Source of the DNA: a virus
DNA: 64,000 nt
Direction: 5' to 3' (one strand)
Virus record (IMG/VR): IMGVR_UViG_3300031841_004047
Position 1 is the stretch's first letter. Every line of letters starts with the position of its first letter. Shown piece by piece: positions 20,401 to 28,892 of this stretch. The position numbers and the translations under genes are program-made. The notes beneath the pieces are model-generated. The model was not told where the DNA came from. It ran no database searches and saw only the letters and a program-made list of their open reading frames with translations.

Positions 20401-23400
20401 ATGGACTTTCTGTTACTAACACTGTTGGTCGTCCAGTAGGTATCAACACTTCTGCTCCAAGACATGCTTTAACGGTATCAGTTTCAAACTATCCTGCACC
20501 TCAAGGAATAATAGTAGAGGGATCAATTCAACCATTTGATCCAAGAGATACTTTGGGTGACTCGGATATATTTGATTCCACTAATACTAGCTGGAACAGT
20601 AGAAACAGCCTATTTAGTTTCATACCTCAGCTTGGAACTTTAATTGCTGGAGATTTTCCAGCCGGAAAGGCCGGGTTCGAAAAATATCTTAGCAATGGAG
20701 CTCTTGGTGTAAGAGCAATTTCACTTGGTCAAAATAATAGAGCGAATGCTTTAAACAGTGTTGCCATCGGTAACAATAATATTATCTATCGTGGACCAGA
20801 TTCTGAGAATGCTTCTTCAATACTAAGTAAAAATACTTACTTTATAGGACATAGCAACGAAGCAGACAGTGCTATGAGATCTCCCGCTGGAGACAACTAT
20901 GTTCTTGGTAATACAAACAGGTTTATGGGTAACACCAATAACTCTTATGTTATAGGTCAAAACGCTCGCTTAGAAGATGTATCCGGTATAGTTGCTATCA
21001 CGGCAGGATTTGAAAGACTCAATAATGGCGGAACGGTTCTTGGAAAAAGTGCACTACAAATAAACATTGATTCCAACCCCATGGACAACACTAAAGTTGG
21101 TATCGGTAAAGACAGCGCGCAATATGCTTTGGATGTTAGAGGTAGCTTAAAGATTGACAGTGGAGGTCAAATCTTCGTAGGATCCAAGACCATCAAGGAA
21201 TTCTTAGGATTCGGTGAACCAACACTAAGTTCAGGATCAGATGCTATAATTGGATCTGAAACAGACCCGATTGCTCCTGAAGGTAGAGTTTCTAACATAG
21301 TTGCTATTACTTTTGATCAGACTGAGCAGTCACCTAAAATTGCTGGGACTAGAACAAATGTTGCTAGAATTACTACATTCTTCCCTTACGCAGACTCAGA
21401 CAGAAGCATACTTCTTACCGATAACAACGCCACTAATATACTAGCTAAGTTTAATGGAGTTGATGTTACTCAAGATTCTTCTGTTGCAATCAGATTAAAA
21501 GGATTTGATTTAGTTGAAGATGTAGTTGGAAACCATATAACATTAAGTGATGATAGTTTATCCGATTTAGGTAGAGTAGGTAAACAGGTCTTATTGTTTG
21601 TTGAGCCTATAGATCAATTTAACTTCATGGTCAGGATGGACTCTCATAAAGGACCTGGATTACAGGCTGGAACCGGAGACAGTAATTTTAATAATGTAGC
21701 TGGTGTAGGCGGAGGTTTCCAAGACGGCGATTCTGGTGTACTGGCTAAAGTATTCTATATTCCCGCATCAGCACCAAGAATTATAGATCCGTCTTTAACT
21801 ACTGCTGGTGATCTTTTCGTTAAGGGTGAAAACGCAATTGGACCAACAATTGATCTCAGCGCAGATTCAAGAGGTCTTACTTTTGCTGCAGGAAACTTGA
21901 AGTTTACAACACCGGTTGTTGTACCAGCTGGAGAAAGATACCCTTCTGAAGGTGGTGATATTAGACTTGGTGGAAGAACCACTAACAAACGACAAACATT
22001 CTTGTTTGATAGTACAGGGTTACAATTAACATCTGGAATCGTTGCAGACAGCGCAACATTTACTAACGGACTACAACTCGTAAATGATAACTTCCTTATA
22101 GATGGTCTATCATTTGATTCTTATGCGGTCAGAACAGACGGAAAAATCATCGGGGCGGTAACTGAATTCCTCGATACAGACTATGTACAGGCTAGAGTCT
22201 TTGCTTCTTCTTTCTTCAGGCATCATCAAGATGCTCTATACTACTATCCTGAAAGTGCGCCGTTTAATAGACCAGTTCTTTTAGGCATGTCACCGGATAA
22301 CAGCATCTTTACTGGACTGTTAGGAAGATTGGATAGATCAAACTATACCATCAATATGATGGCAAGAGAAGATAATGGTGCCATCGATGTCAAAACAAGC
22401 GCTTCATTTGGTGGTTCGACAGCTGATGCTATCGGTAATAAGATCGGTACATTCTCTCCATCTCCGATAGTAGGTTTGGGTCTTCCTCTTCCTGATCACG
22501 TTGATGTTAACAATAATATCGTTCCGACCACTGGAAGTCTTCCGAGCCCCATAAATGTTGATGGTAAACCTTTCCCAACTCCGGCTTTCTTAAGACAAGA
22601 CGGATACATCGATAAAAAATATATTAATGATAATATTGCTCTTACTACGGCTCAGTTACAACAAGTAGTAGATGATGCATTTATGAAGGCCATAATAGAC
22701 AGCGCATATATTCTTTCAGCTGCTAATGATAGTTCGGAATGGCAAAGAAGAGAAAACACTCTGTTTTTTGGAACATTCCCCAGTGTTTCACATGTTAAGG
22801 TTGGTATTGGAACTGCAGATCCACATCGTAAGTTCCATGTCAACGGTGACCTACTGATTGAAGACTCCGCTCTATTCGAAGGACCATTAACTGTTCAAGG
22901 ACGTAAGATCACAGTCGATGAGATATATCGTTATCAGTTTGATGGAACTGCCGCCGGTTCAACATTAGTAAAAACAGATAGTGATGATCTACTTAAAATT
23001 GGAAGAAATGCTGGAGGAGACTTCTTTTCTGTCGCCGATGCTAAAAATCAAGCAATTCAAGATCAGAGTGACGGAATAGCCGTCACAACTTCTCTCGATG
23101 ATGGTGTTAAGACGGTATCTCGGTTCGCTCGCTTATATAGAATTGATCAGTTTGGTGATTCTCATGATCTAACCTTTAGGTTAGGTGGTACTGGCGCTTC
23201 TATTGGTAGTACTACTAATTTTGGTTCATATGATGCTTACTACACCGATGATGGTGGTGTAAACAATATACTCTTTATTAAAGCTTCATCACTTGATTCT
23301 TCAGACTATAATGTTATTATCAATGATTATGATCTTCAGGGTGGAATTCTTAACTTTACTCATAACAATACTGATATAAACGGTGGTAAGTCTTTAGATT

Positions 23401-26400
23401 ATAATACGACTTATTCTGAAGTACGCGTTTTAGAATCAGATGGAACGACCGTAAGAAAAGATTTCACGGTACTCAGTGGAGTTACTCTAGATAGTGCTAG
23501 AGGATTTAGTTTCCCGGCCTTTGATAGTTTACACTTAAATGATATAATTGAAATTTATGACAGAAGTTCTAAGATTAGTAGTTCTCTCACAGTTGTTGGG
23601 GATACTATACTCGGTGAAGTTCATCCTTCCGGAGCAACCGGAAGCAGGCTGACTTATATTAAAGATGCGTTGTTGGTAGACGATAGCACAACTTTAAATA
23701 ATAATTTGACTATTAGTCCAAACGGGATTGTTCATCTGGATGATGCAACTCTTAATATCACTGGCACACAAACGTCTACCATCTCAGCTAATCTTCATGT
23801 TGCTTCACCTGCATCAACGTTCATTATTGATCCAAGTGTTGACTTTACTTTCCCTAATGCTGCAGGAAACCTGAGATCAAACGTTGATGACCATATTACC
23901 AGAGTTGTTGATTCAAACTACATTGGATCAAGACTGCAGACTGTATGGAACTTCTTTGATGATTCCGTAGGTAATCAGTACATCTACTATAAGAGAGGCT
24001 CTACTAACGGTCAAGTTGTAATAGGTGATCAAGATGCTCCAGTTCTAGGTGATAGCGATACGAAGTTCTTCGTACAAAAAGGTAACGTTGTATTTAATAA
24101 CGAACAAACTTGGGATGGCCTATTCGGTACTGAAACCGAAGACATAGTTCCGGATTTTGGTACTTCTGCTAGACATGGAAATACATTCTCTGGCGCTAGG
24201 ATGATGTGGATACCACAAAGAGGAGCATTTAGAGCTGGTGCTATAGATGGAGCAGCCGTTCAATGGAGTGATGAAGAAGTTGGTAGAGCCTCTGTAGGTA
24301 TAGGTTATAATACTTTATCAACTGACTTCAGTGTTGCTTTAGGTTACAATGCTCAAGCTGGTAACATGGGTCCTGGTTCACCAAGAAGATCTAGAAGAAC
24401 TAATAATGCTGTTTCTATCGGTCATACCATTGATGGACAGAGTGAAAACGGTGTAGCTATCGGTAGATCGATTGGTCATAGTTATCAAAGATCAAACAAC
24501 GTATCAATCGGTAAAGATATAGTTAATACGTATTCAGATGGAACTGTTGCTATAGGTGATGATATTACCTCTAGCAGAGGCGTTGCTATCGGTAAAGATA
24601 TAAGCACGAGTACTATTGGATCGTTTAATACCGCTATAGGGTATAAGTCTACTGCTCAAAGAGATGGTGCAGCAATAGGTTATAATGTTACTGCTAGCTA
24701 CGGTGGTGTAGCTATCGGTAAAACAGCCAGTGCTTCTGCTCAAGGAACTAACATCGCTATTGGTAAAAACGTCGGTGGGTCCCGAGGCGGGGTGTATATA
24801 GGTGAATACGCATCTGGTTCATATGGCGGTGTAGCAATTGGTAAATCTGTACAAGCTCATGGTGGAAATGCAGTTGCCATCGGTAACAGCCAGACAGCTG
24901 GTGATAGATTAGTGCAGAACGTGGCTGTTGGCTACAACAACAATGTTTCTGGTGGTGTGGTTGTTGGTCTAAGTAACGTAACTTCAGCAAGACAAAATCA
25001 TGTTATACTCGGTATTTCAAACAAGGGATACGCATCTACTTATGGTGCCGGCGCTTCACCAAATATCATTATTGGAAGTACCAACACCGCAAACGGAAGA
25101 GGTGGAGCTACTATAATTGGTGTGAGCAACACCACGGCTGGTCCTAACTCTTTCATATTTGGTTCAACTAACCGTAACGTAGGTAATGGAACTGGTTACG
25201 GTAGATCGATAGTATTAGGTTATAATAACCAAAACTTAGATCCTCGATACGGAAATATTATTGCTATAGGTGAAGGAAACAGCAATAATACTCCTCCTCA
25301 ATTATACTATTCCGGTGAAGGCACCTATATCGGTAGATATAATAGTAGCAACGATGCTTCACACATCTTTGGTAATAGCAACACTGGCAATAAGAGAGCA
25401 TACATATATGGATCCGGTAACATAAATGCTAATTCTTCGATAGCCGGTAACCGCTACAATGGTTCTTATGCTTACATGTACGGTAGAGCAAATACCGTTA
25501 ATAACGGAGGATATACATATGGTGCTTCGAATGAAGCTCTAAACAACGGATATGCTTTCGGTGTAGGAACTAAGGGTAGCTACGGCGGTCTATCATTTGG
25601 TATGCTGGACAGCGCAACTAATGGCGGTATTTCTTTTGGTCACAGTAACTGGGTGGATGGCTTAGGTCAAAGCGAACCTACTCTAGCATTCGGGTATAAC
25701 AATACGGCTACTCTTTCGGGTATAGCTTATGGTGAAAATAATACTGTTTCAAATGGAGGTATGGCTCTAGGTGGAAATAATACGGCTACAGCCTTTAGAG
25801 CTCTTGCACTTGGTAGTGGAATTAACGTAACTGGTCAAAACTCAGTAGGTATTGGTTTATCAAACGTTAATTCAGGAACAGTCTCCACATCCAACACTCT
25901 TTCCATAATGGGTGGACAAGTAGGAGTAGGAGTAACATCGGTACCACCAGCTTATAAGATGGAAATCGGAGGAACCGGCCTTAACGTCTCGGTCACCGGT
26001 GATTATTATAGAAGAGGTGTAAGACTCTATGATTATATTCAAAATGATGTAACACCCAGATCTTACGTAAGATTCCATGCTGATTCAAATTACATCCACA
26101 GCGCCGTTGATACTCCTTATCTAAGAACCGCTCTTCCACCTCAATTCTTCTTTGCGAGTAATTTAAATACTAACAACGTTGAGTTCACTGGATCTGGTTC
26201 AGTCGGTATCGGTAGAGCAAACAGTAACGCATCGAAATATAAGCTGGATGTTCTTGGAAACATAAACTATACTGGTGCTCTTTATCTAAACGGTGATAAA
26301 ATTATACCATCAACCGATTCAATAGGTGATGTATATATTAATCATTATCAGCAATACTATCAAATCGGCCCAGACAGTGCTGAAGAATATTTTGATTCTG

Positions 26401-28874
26401 CGTATGTTGCACAACGTCAACAAATGTTTGGTATGTCTGTTGGACAAACAGTACAACAAGTAATCGATCAAACTTATATTACTGGTACTATTGATAGAAG
26501 TCTATTCCTTGACTCTGCTGAAGCACTTCAACTCATTAATGAAAATACTGGACTACTTGTCGGTGAAACAATAGCATTTAAGCATGATCCAAGTAATAGT
26601 AACACAGTATCTCTTGTACCTGATCTAACAAAAATGCCACTAGGCGTCAAGGTTGCTATCGGTAAAACAGCCAGTGTTCTTGGACCTACGTTGGATATTC
26701 TTGGTAATCAGGTAATCGATGGTGACCTTGATGTTACTGGTGAACTTACTGTTAACGGTGAAGCAATAGTTTCTAAAACACTATTTAATCAGGCTGCAGG
26801 CGGCACTGTTTACGTAGAAAACGAAAACATTATGATTAGCAAGGGTGCTCAGCCATCTACACTAATCCCATCTCATGTTCTTGAAGTTGTTGGTGACATA
26901 AGTGCTGATCAACTAAAGATACAAGGTAATGATATACTTGATATATTCGATTCTGCATATGTTATCGAAAGACAGAAGCTCATAGATTCTGAACTTACCG
27001 GAAATATGATAGATTCTGCCTACATAAGATTCAGAGCTGATTCAAATTATATCTTAAGTGTAGCTGACAGCGCATACATTACCCATATCTTAGGTAGTGG
27101 AGTACCGGGTTCAATAGTTCCAGGCGTTGATGTCAACGGTGATCCAGTATATGATCTAGGAAGTCCAACAAATAGATGGCGGGACTTATATCTAAGCGGA
27201 ACTTCAATTAATATTGGTGGAGCAGTATTCAGTACTCTTGAAGATAATACTGTTTCAATCACGGATAGCGCCGGTAATCCTTCTAAGATTAGAGGAATTG
27301 ATTCCGATGCTGCTATAGCATTCATTGATTCTGACTATGTTCAAACTCGAGCAAACGCTACCTACTTAAAAACAATTATTGATTCAAGCTATGTGCAGCA
27401 ACTAGTAGATTCAAGCTATGTGACTGCTATTACTAATGAAACGTATATTAGATCTCACGCTGACAGTGCTTGGATCACTTCTATAGCTGATTCCGCACAT
27501 ATACGAGGTATAGCTGACAGTGCTTGGATCACTTCTATAGCTGATTCCGCATATGTTCTTAATATAGCCGATAGCCAATATATTTCAAGTATTGCTGATT
27601 CTGCTTATATCTCGTCTGTAACTGGTATCGGATCAAGGGCAGTAGATTTTGGCGGGTTCCCGATCATATTCAGTAATGCTTATGCTACTGAAGGCTCTAT
27701 GCCAAACGCCGGTAGCAGACCAGGTAACTTTACGCTCAATACTACTACTAATAAACCATTTGTTTCATTTAACGGTTCATATAATAGAATCGCTCTTAAA
27801 ACTGACCTTGATTCCGATATAAGTGTTCTAAGATCTAAAATAGATTCTGATGTAAATGCTATAATTGGTGGTGCGCCTGAAGCTCTTGATACACTGAAAG
27901 AACTATCAGAAGCCATAAATAATGATTCAAACTTCTATGCCACTATTACGGCTCTTGCAACTTCAGGTGTAGATTCAGAAGCAACGATAGCTCTCATTGA
28001 CTCGGCGTATGTACTTGCTAGAAGTCCACAGTTTGATTATATTACTCTAATTGACTCAGCATATGTTCAAGCGAGACAACTTCCGGGAACAGATTCTGAA
28101 GCTGTTATAGCCATCATAAATTCTAATCCGACTCTTGATTCGGCTGCTACAATTTCTCTTATTGATTCAGCCTATATTAATGCAAGAGTTTCAACCGTTG
28201 ATTCTGCTCAAGTTCTATCAATAGTTGATTCATCTTATATCCTATCAATCACTGGTTCAGGACTTGGTGGATCTGGATCCGGAGGCGGCACCTCTCTGGT
28301 AGACTTTAACTATATAGCCACAGCCAATCAGTCTTTGTTTACTGGATCTGATGCTGACGGATCTTTACTATCGTATGATCCAAGTACAGCAACTATCGTA
28401 AGTGCGAATGGTATAACACTTACCAGAGGAGTTGATTATACACATGTTGATAGTTCATCGATAAGCTTTACTGTTGCAAGAGATTTAGGTGATGAAATCA
28501 CTATCTTCACGACTAAGAAAGCTTCTGATGCTGGATCTAGTGGATCTAGTGGAACAACTAGTACGATAATATCTACTTCATCTACTACAATCTTTGATAG
28601 AACAATACACAGTAATAACTTTAAGTCAATTGAATACACCGTTCATATGGAAGACAGCAGCTTAGGTCATACACAAATAACTAAGCTACTTGCTACATAC
28701 AATAAATCACAAGTGTTTAGTACTCAGTACGGCACAGTAAGTACATTTGCCGGTGACAGTGATCTCGGTGTAATTGATGTGGTGGAGACTGGTGGACAGA
28801 TTCAACTAACATTGACGAAAGCGAATGGAACAGGAACAGTTAGAGTAGTATCGAATAAAACAGTAATAAATTAG
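17463..28874 (+). CDS. Giant 3803-aa tail fibre/adhesin with YadA-head-like repeats and a DSAY-repeat stalk
   Basis: Uninterrupted ORF with AIG/AYG short repeats at about 24280-25850, VGIGT..P fibre motifs, APEALDTLKELSEAI and many DSxY repeats. Confidence 0.8.
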   Translation: MAISDNQKIDYLFKKLGFGVSKTDTNSIKNATNEDIASPLLLRGDNLWTDADLIPNIIPSSNSNVIKVYSDAVGTEATLETTEDTTATPNRTWKTGISNWIPPQFGSTYQLKVYIDSAGASAPQSTGTQIFASGSGNNDEWFFDYQSGVLHFIGDNLPGGIAGNVIYVSGAAYIGKTGNNFTTLNVDSANIARATILDAQFPLGITVKDLTVTDSAYLKFADIDSAFIDRLVADSATITNITIDSADINILNITVGGRIQGQENLIIDPRAIGDNTGRVIIKGDLMVEGLETIVNSTTVTMNDKNLVLADSAPDLAFTDGAGIIIAPGISGAAIRYDQNKDRWILNRSLEGNNYGSPGAGIYFDSGNFYKLTTNHIEIGDVITARDIRITSPNVIQGGILTIGDDDSISTIQDIKVQQYKSSLHPDLKGNGFLAMRELIEDSGYYKLTVDQDSDMVKIVGGFKAGIYSNLPVGQYVQSYPYQKDSNKLDFYGIEYNADSNLIRLNAQNTIIRTSFSADSMRGKDSAFAFQILTANDSTLFSVARDGTINFGGALEQNGADFIGGGAFTTVTEANDSGQPGDIYFVRDEEKYGGAANSINGYGFVGIQTRNPRYELEVAGTFQVADSIDLVNYALNRALFPYASQAATGKKHDDDTKGRMTFIPQAAMFRAGEFGDSHYNVNVMGQFSTALGKKTIAGAVGNNQAGEGQFAAGWLSTAAGNYSVAIGRENTTVSDRGTENTDNLFLGSRNIANYAAGPGSYDRMTSIGHENKIKAADGLILGTDNNMQGFRSVIVGADNVLGDSSKDGQSTSPFDGGSGTVIIGNDNVVPNRNTYVFGRQNTLGGTDATTGEALTRFGNAGISNYVFGELNTVGNNADQVSIFGNQNIVNADEGKAFGSQITIDSDMSQSIGFNLSSQPVSVKAPRIMSIQGGNVIIGEDSDKFSDYDGNLYVKGDIILGGQLLTEGLPGVLSSGTPFVDDGLSVTNTVGRPVGINTSAPRHALTVSVSNYPAPQGIIVEGSIQPFDPRDTLGDSDIFDSTNTSWNSRNSLFSFIPQLGTLIAGDFPAGKAGFEKYLSNGALGVRAISLGQNNRANALNSVAIGNNNIIYRGPDSENASSILSKNTYFIGHSNEADSAMRSPAGDNYVLGNTNRFMGNTNNSYVIGQNARLEDVSGIVAITAGFERLNNGGTVLGKSALQINIDSNPMDNTKVGIGKDSAQYALDVRGSLKIDSGGQIFVGSKTIKEFLGFGEPTLSSGSDAIIGSETDPIAPEGRVSNIVAITFDQTEQSPKIAGTRTNVARITTFFPYADSDRSILLTDNNATNILAKFNGVDVTQDSSVAIRLKGFDLVEDVVGNHITLSDDSLSDLGRVGKQVLLFVEPIDQFNFMVRMDSHKGPGLQAGTGDSNFNNVAGVGGGFQDGDSGVLAKVFYIPASAPRIIDPSLTTAGDLFVKGENAIGPTIDLSADSRGLTFAAGNLKFTTPVVVPAGERYPSEGGDIRLGGRTTNKRQTFLFDSTGLQLTSGIVADSATFTNGLQLVNDNFLIDGLSFDSYAVRTDGKIIGAVTEFLDTDYVQARVFASSFFRHHQDALYYYPESAPFNRPVLLGMSPDNSIFTGLLGRLDRSNYTINMMAREDNGAIDVKTSASFGGSTADAIGNKIGTFSPSPIVGLGLPLPDHVDVNNNIVPTTGSLPSPINVDGKPFPTPAFLRQDGYIDKKYINDNIALTTAQLQQVVDDAFMKAIIDSAYILSAANDSSEWQRRENTLFFGTFPSVSHVKVGIGTADPHRKFHVNGDLLIEDSALFEGPLTVQGRKITVDEIYRYQFDGTAAGSTLVKTDSDDLLKIGRNAGGDFFSVADAKNQAIQDQSDGIAVTTSLDDGVKTVSRFARLYRIDQFGDSHDLTFRLGGTGASIGSTTNFGSYDAYYTDDGGVNNILFIKASSLDSSDYNVIINDYDLQGGILNFTHNNTDINGGKSLDYNTTYSEVRVLESDGTTVRKDFTVLSGVTLDSARGFSFPAFDSLHLNDIIEIYDRSSKISSSLTVVGDTILGEVHPSGATGSRLTYIKDALLVDDSTTLNNNLTISPNGIVHLDDATLNITGTQTSTISANLHVASPASTFIIDPSVDFTFPNAAGNLRSNVDDHITRVVDSNYIGSRLQTVWNFFDDSVGNQYIYYKRGSTNGQVVIGDQDAPVLGDSDTKFFVQKGNVVFNNEQTWDGLFGTETEDIVPDFGTSARHGNTFSGARMMWIPQRGAFRAGAIDGAAVQWSDEEVGRASVGIGYNTLSTDFSVALGYNAQAGNMGPGSPRRSRRTNNAVSIGHTIDGQSENGVAIGRSIGHSYQRSNNVSIGKDIVNTYSDGTVAIGDDITSSRGVAIGKDISTSTIGSFNTAIGYKSTAQRDGAAIGYNVTASYGGVAIGKTASASAQGTNIAIGKNVGGSRGGVYIGEYASGSYGGVAIGKSVQAHGGNAVAIGNSQTAGDRLVQNVAVGYNNNVSGGVVVGLSNVTSARQNHVILGISNKGYASTYGAGASPNIIIGSTNTANGRGGATIIGVSNTTAGPNSFIFGSTNRNVGNGTGYGRSIVLGYNNQNLDPRYGNIIAIGEGNSNNTPPQLYYSGEGTYIGRYNSSNDASHIFGNSNTGNKRAYIYGSGNINANSSIAGNRYNGSYAYMYGRANTVNNGGYTYGASNEALNNGYAFGVGTKGSYGGLSFGMLDSATNGGISFGHSNWVDGLGQSEPTLAFGYNNTATLSGIAYGENNTVSNGGMALGGNNTATAFRALALGSGINVTGQNSVGIGLSNVNSGTVSTSNTLSIMGGQVGVGVTSVPPAYKMEIGGTGLNVSVTGDYYRRGVRLYDYIQNDVTPRSYVRFHADSNYIHSAVDTPYLRTALPPQFFFASNLNTNNVEFTGSGSVGIGRANSNASKYKLDVLGNINYTGALYLNGDKIIPSTDSIGDVYINHYQQYYQIGPDSAEEYFDSAYVAQRQQMFGMSVGQTVQQVIDQTYITGTIDRSLFLDSAEALQLINENTGLLVGETIAFKHDPSNSNTVSLVPDLTKMPLGVKVAIGKTASVLGPTLDILGNQVIDGDLDVTGELTVNGEAIVSKTLFNQAAGGTVYVENENIMISKGAQPSTLIPSHVLEVVGDISADQLKIQGNDILDIFDSAYVIERQKLIDSELTGNMIDSAYIRFRADSNYILSVADSAYITHILGSGVPGSIVPGVDVNGDPVYDLGSPTNRWRDLYLSGTSINIGGAVFSTLEDNTVSITDSAGNPSKIRGIDSDAAIAFIDSDYVQTRANATYLKTIIDSSYVQQLVDSSYVTAITNETYIRSHADSAWITSIADSAHIRGIADSAWITSIADSAYVLNIADSQYISSIADSAYISSVTGIGSRAVDFGGFPIIFSNAYATEGSMPNAGSRPGNFTLNTTTNKPFVSFNGSYNRIALKTDLDSDISVLRSKIDSDVNAIIGGAPEALDTLKELSEAINNDSNFYATITALATSGVDSEATIALIDSAYVLARSPQFDYITLIDSAYVQARQLPGTDSEAVIAIINSNPTLDSAATISLIDSAYINARVSTVDSAQVLSIVDSSYILSITGSGLGGSGSGGGTSLVDFNYIATANQSLFTGSDADGSLLSYDPSTATIVSANGITLTRGVDYTHVDSSSISFTVARDLGDEITIFTTKKASDAGSSGSSGTTSTIISTSSTTIFDRTIHSNNFKSIEYTVHMEDSSLGHTQITKLLATYNKSQVFSTQYGTVSTFAGDSDLGVIDVVETGGQIQLTLTKANGTGTVRVVSNKTVIN
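27459..27551 (+). repeat. Tandem coding repeat: two exact 39-bp copies with a 54-bp period inside a 9-aa repeat tract
   Basis: gctgacagtgcttggatcacttctatagctgattccgca occurs at 27459 and 27513. Confidence 0.9.
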
Positions 28875-28892
28875 GCACGGGGAAAGTGAACT

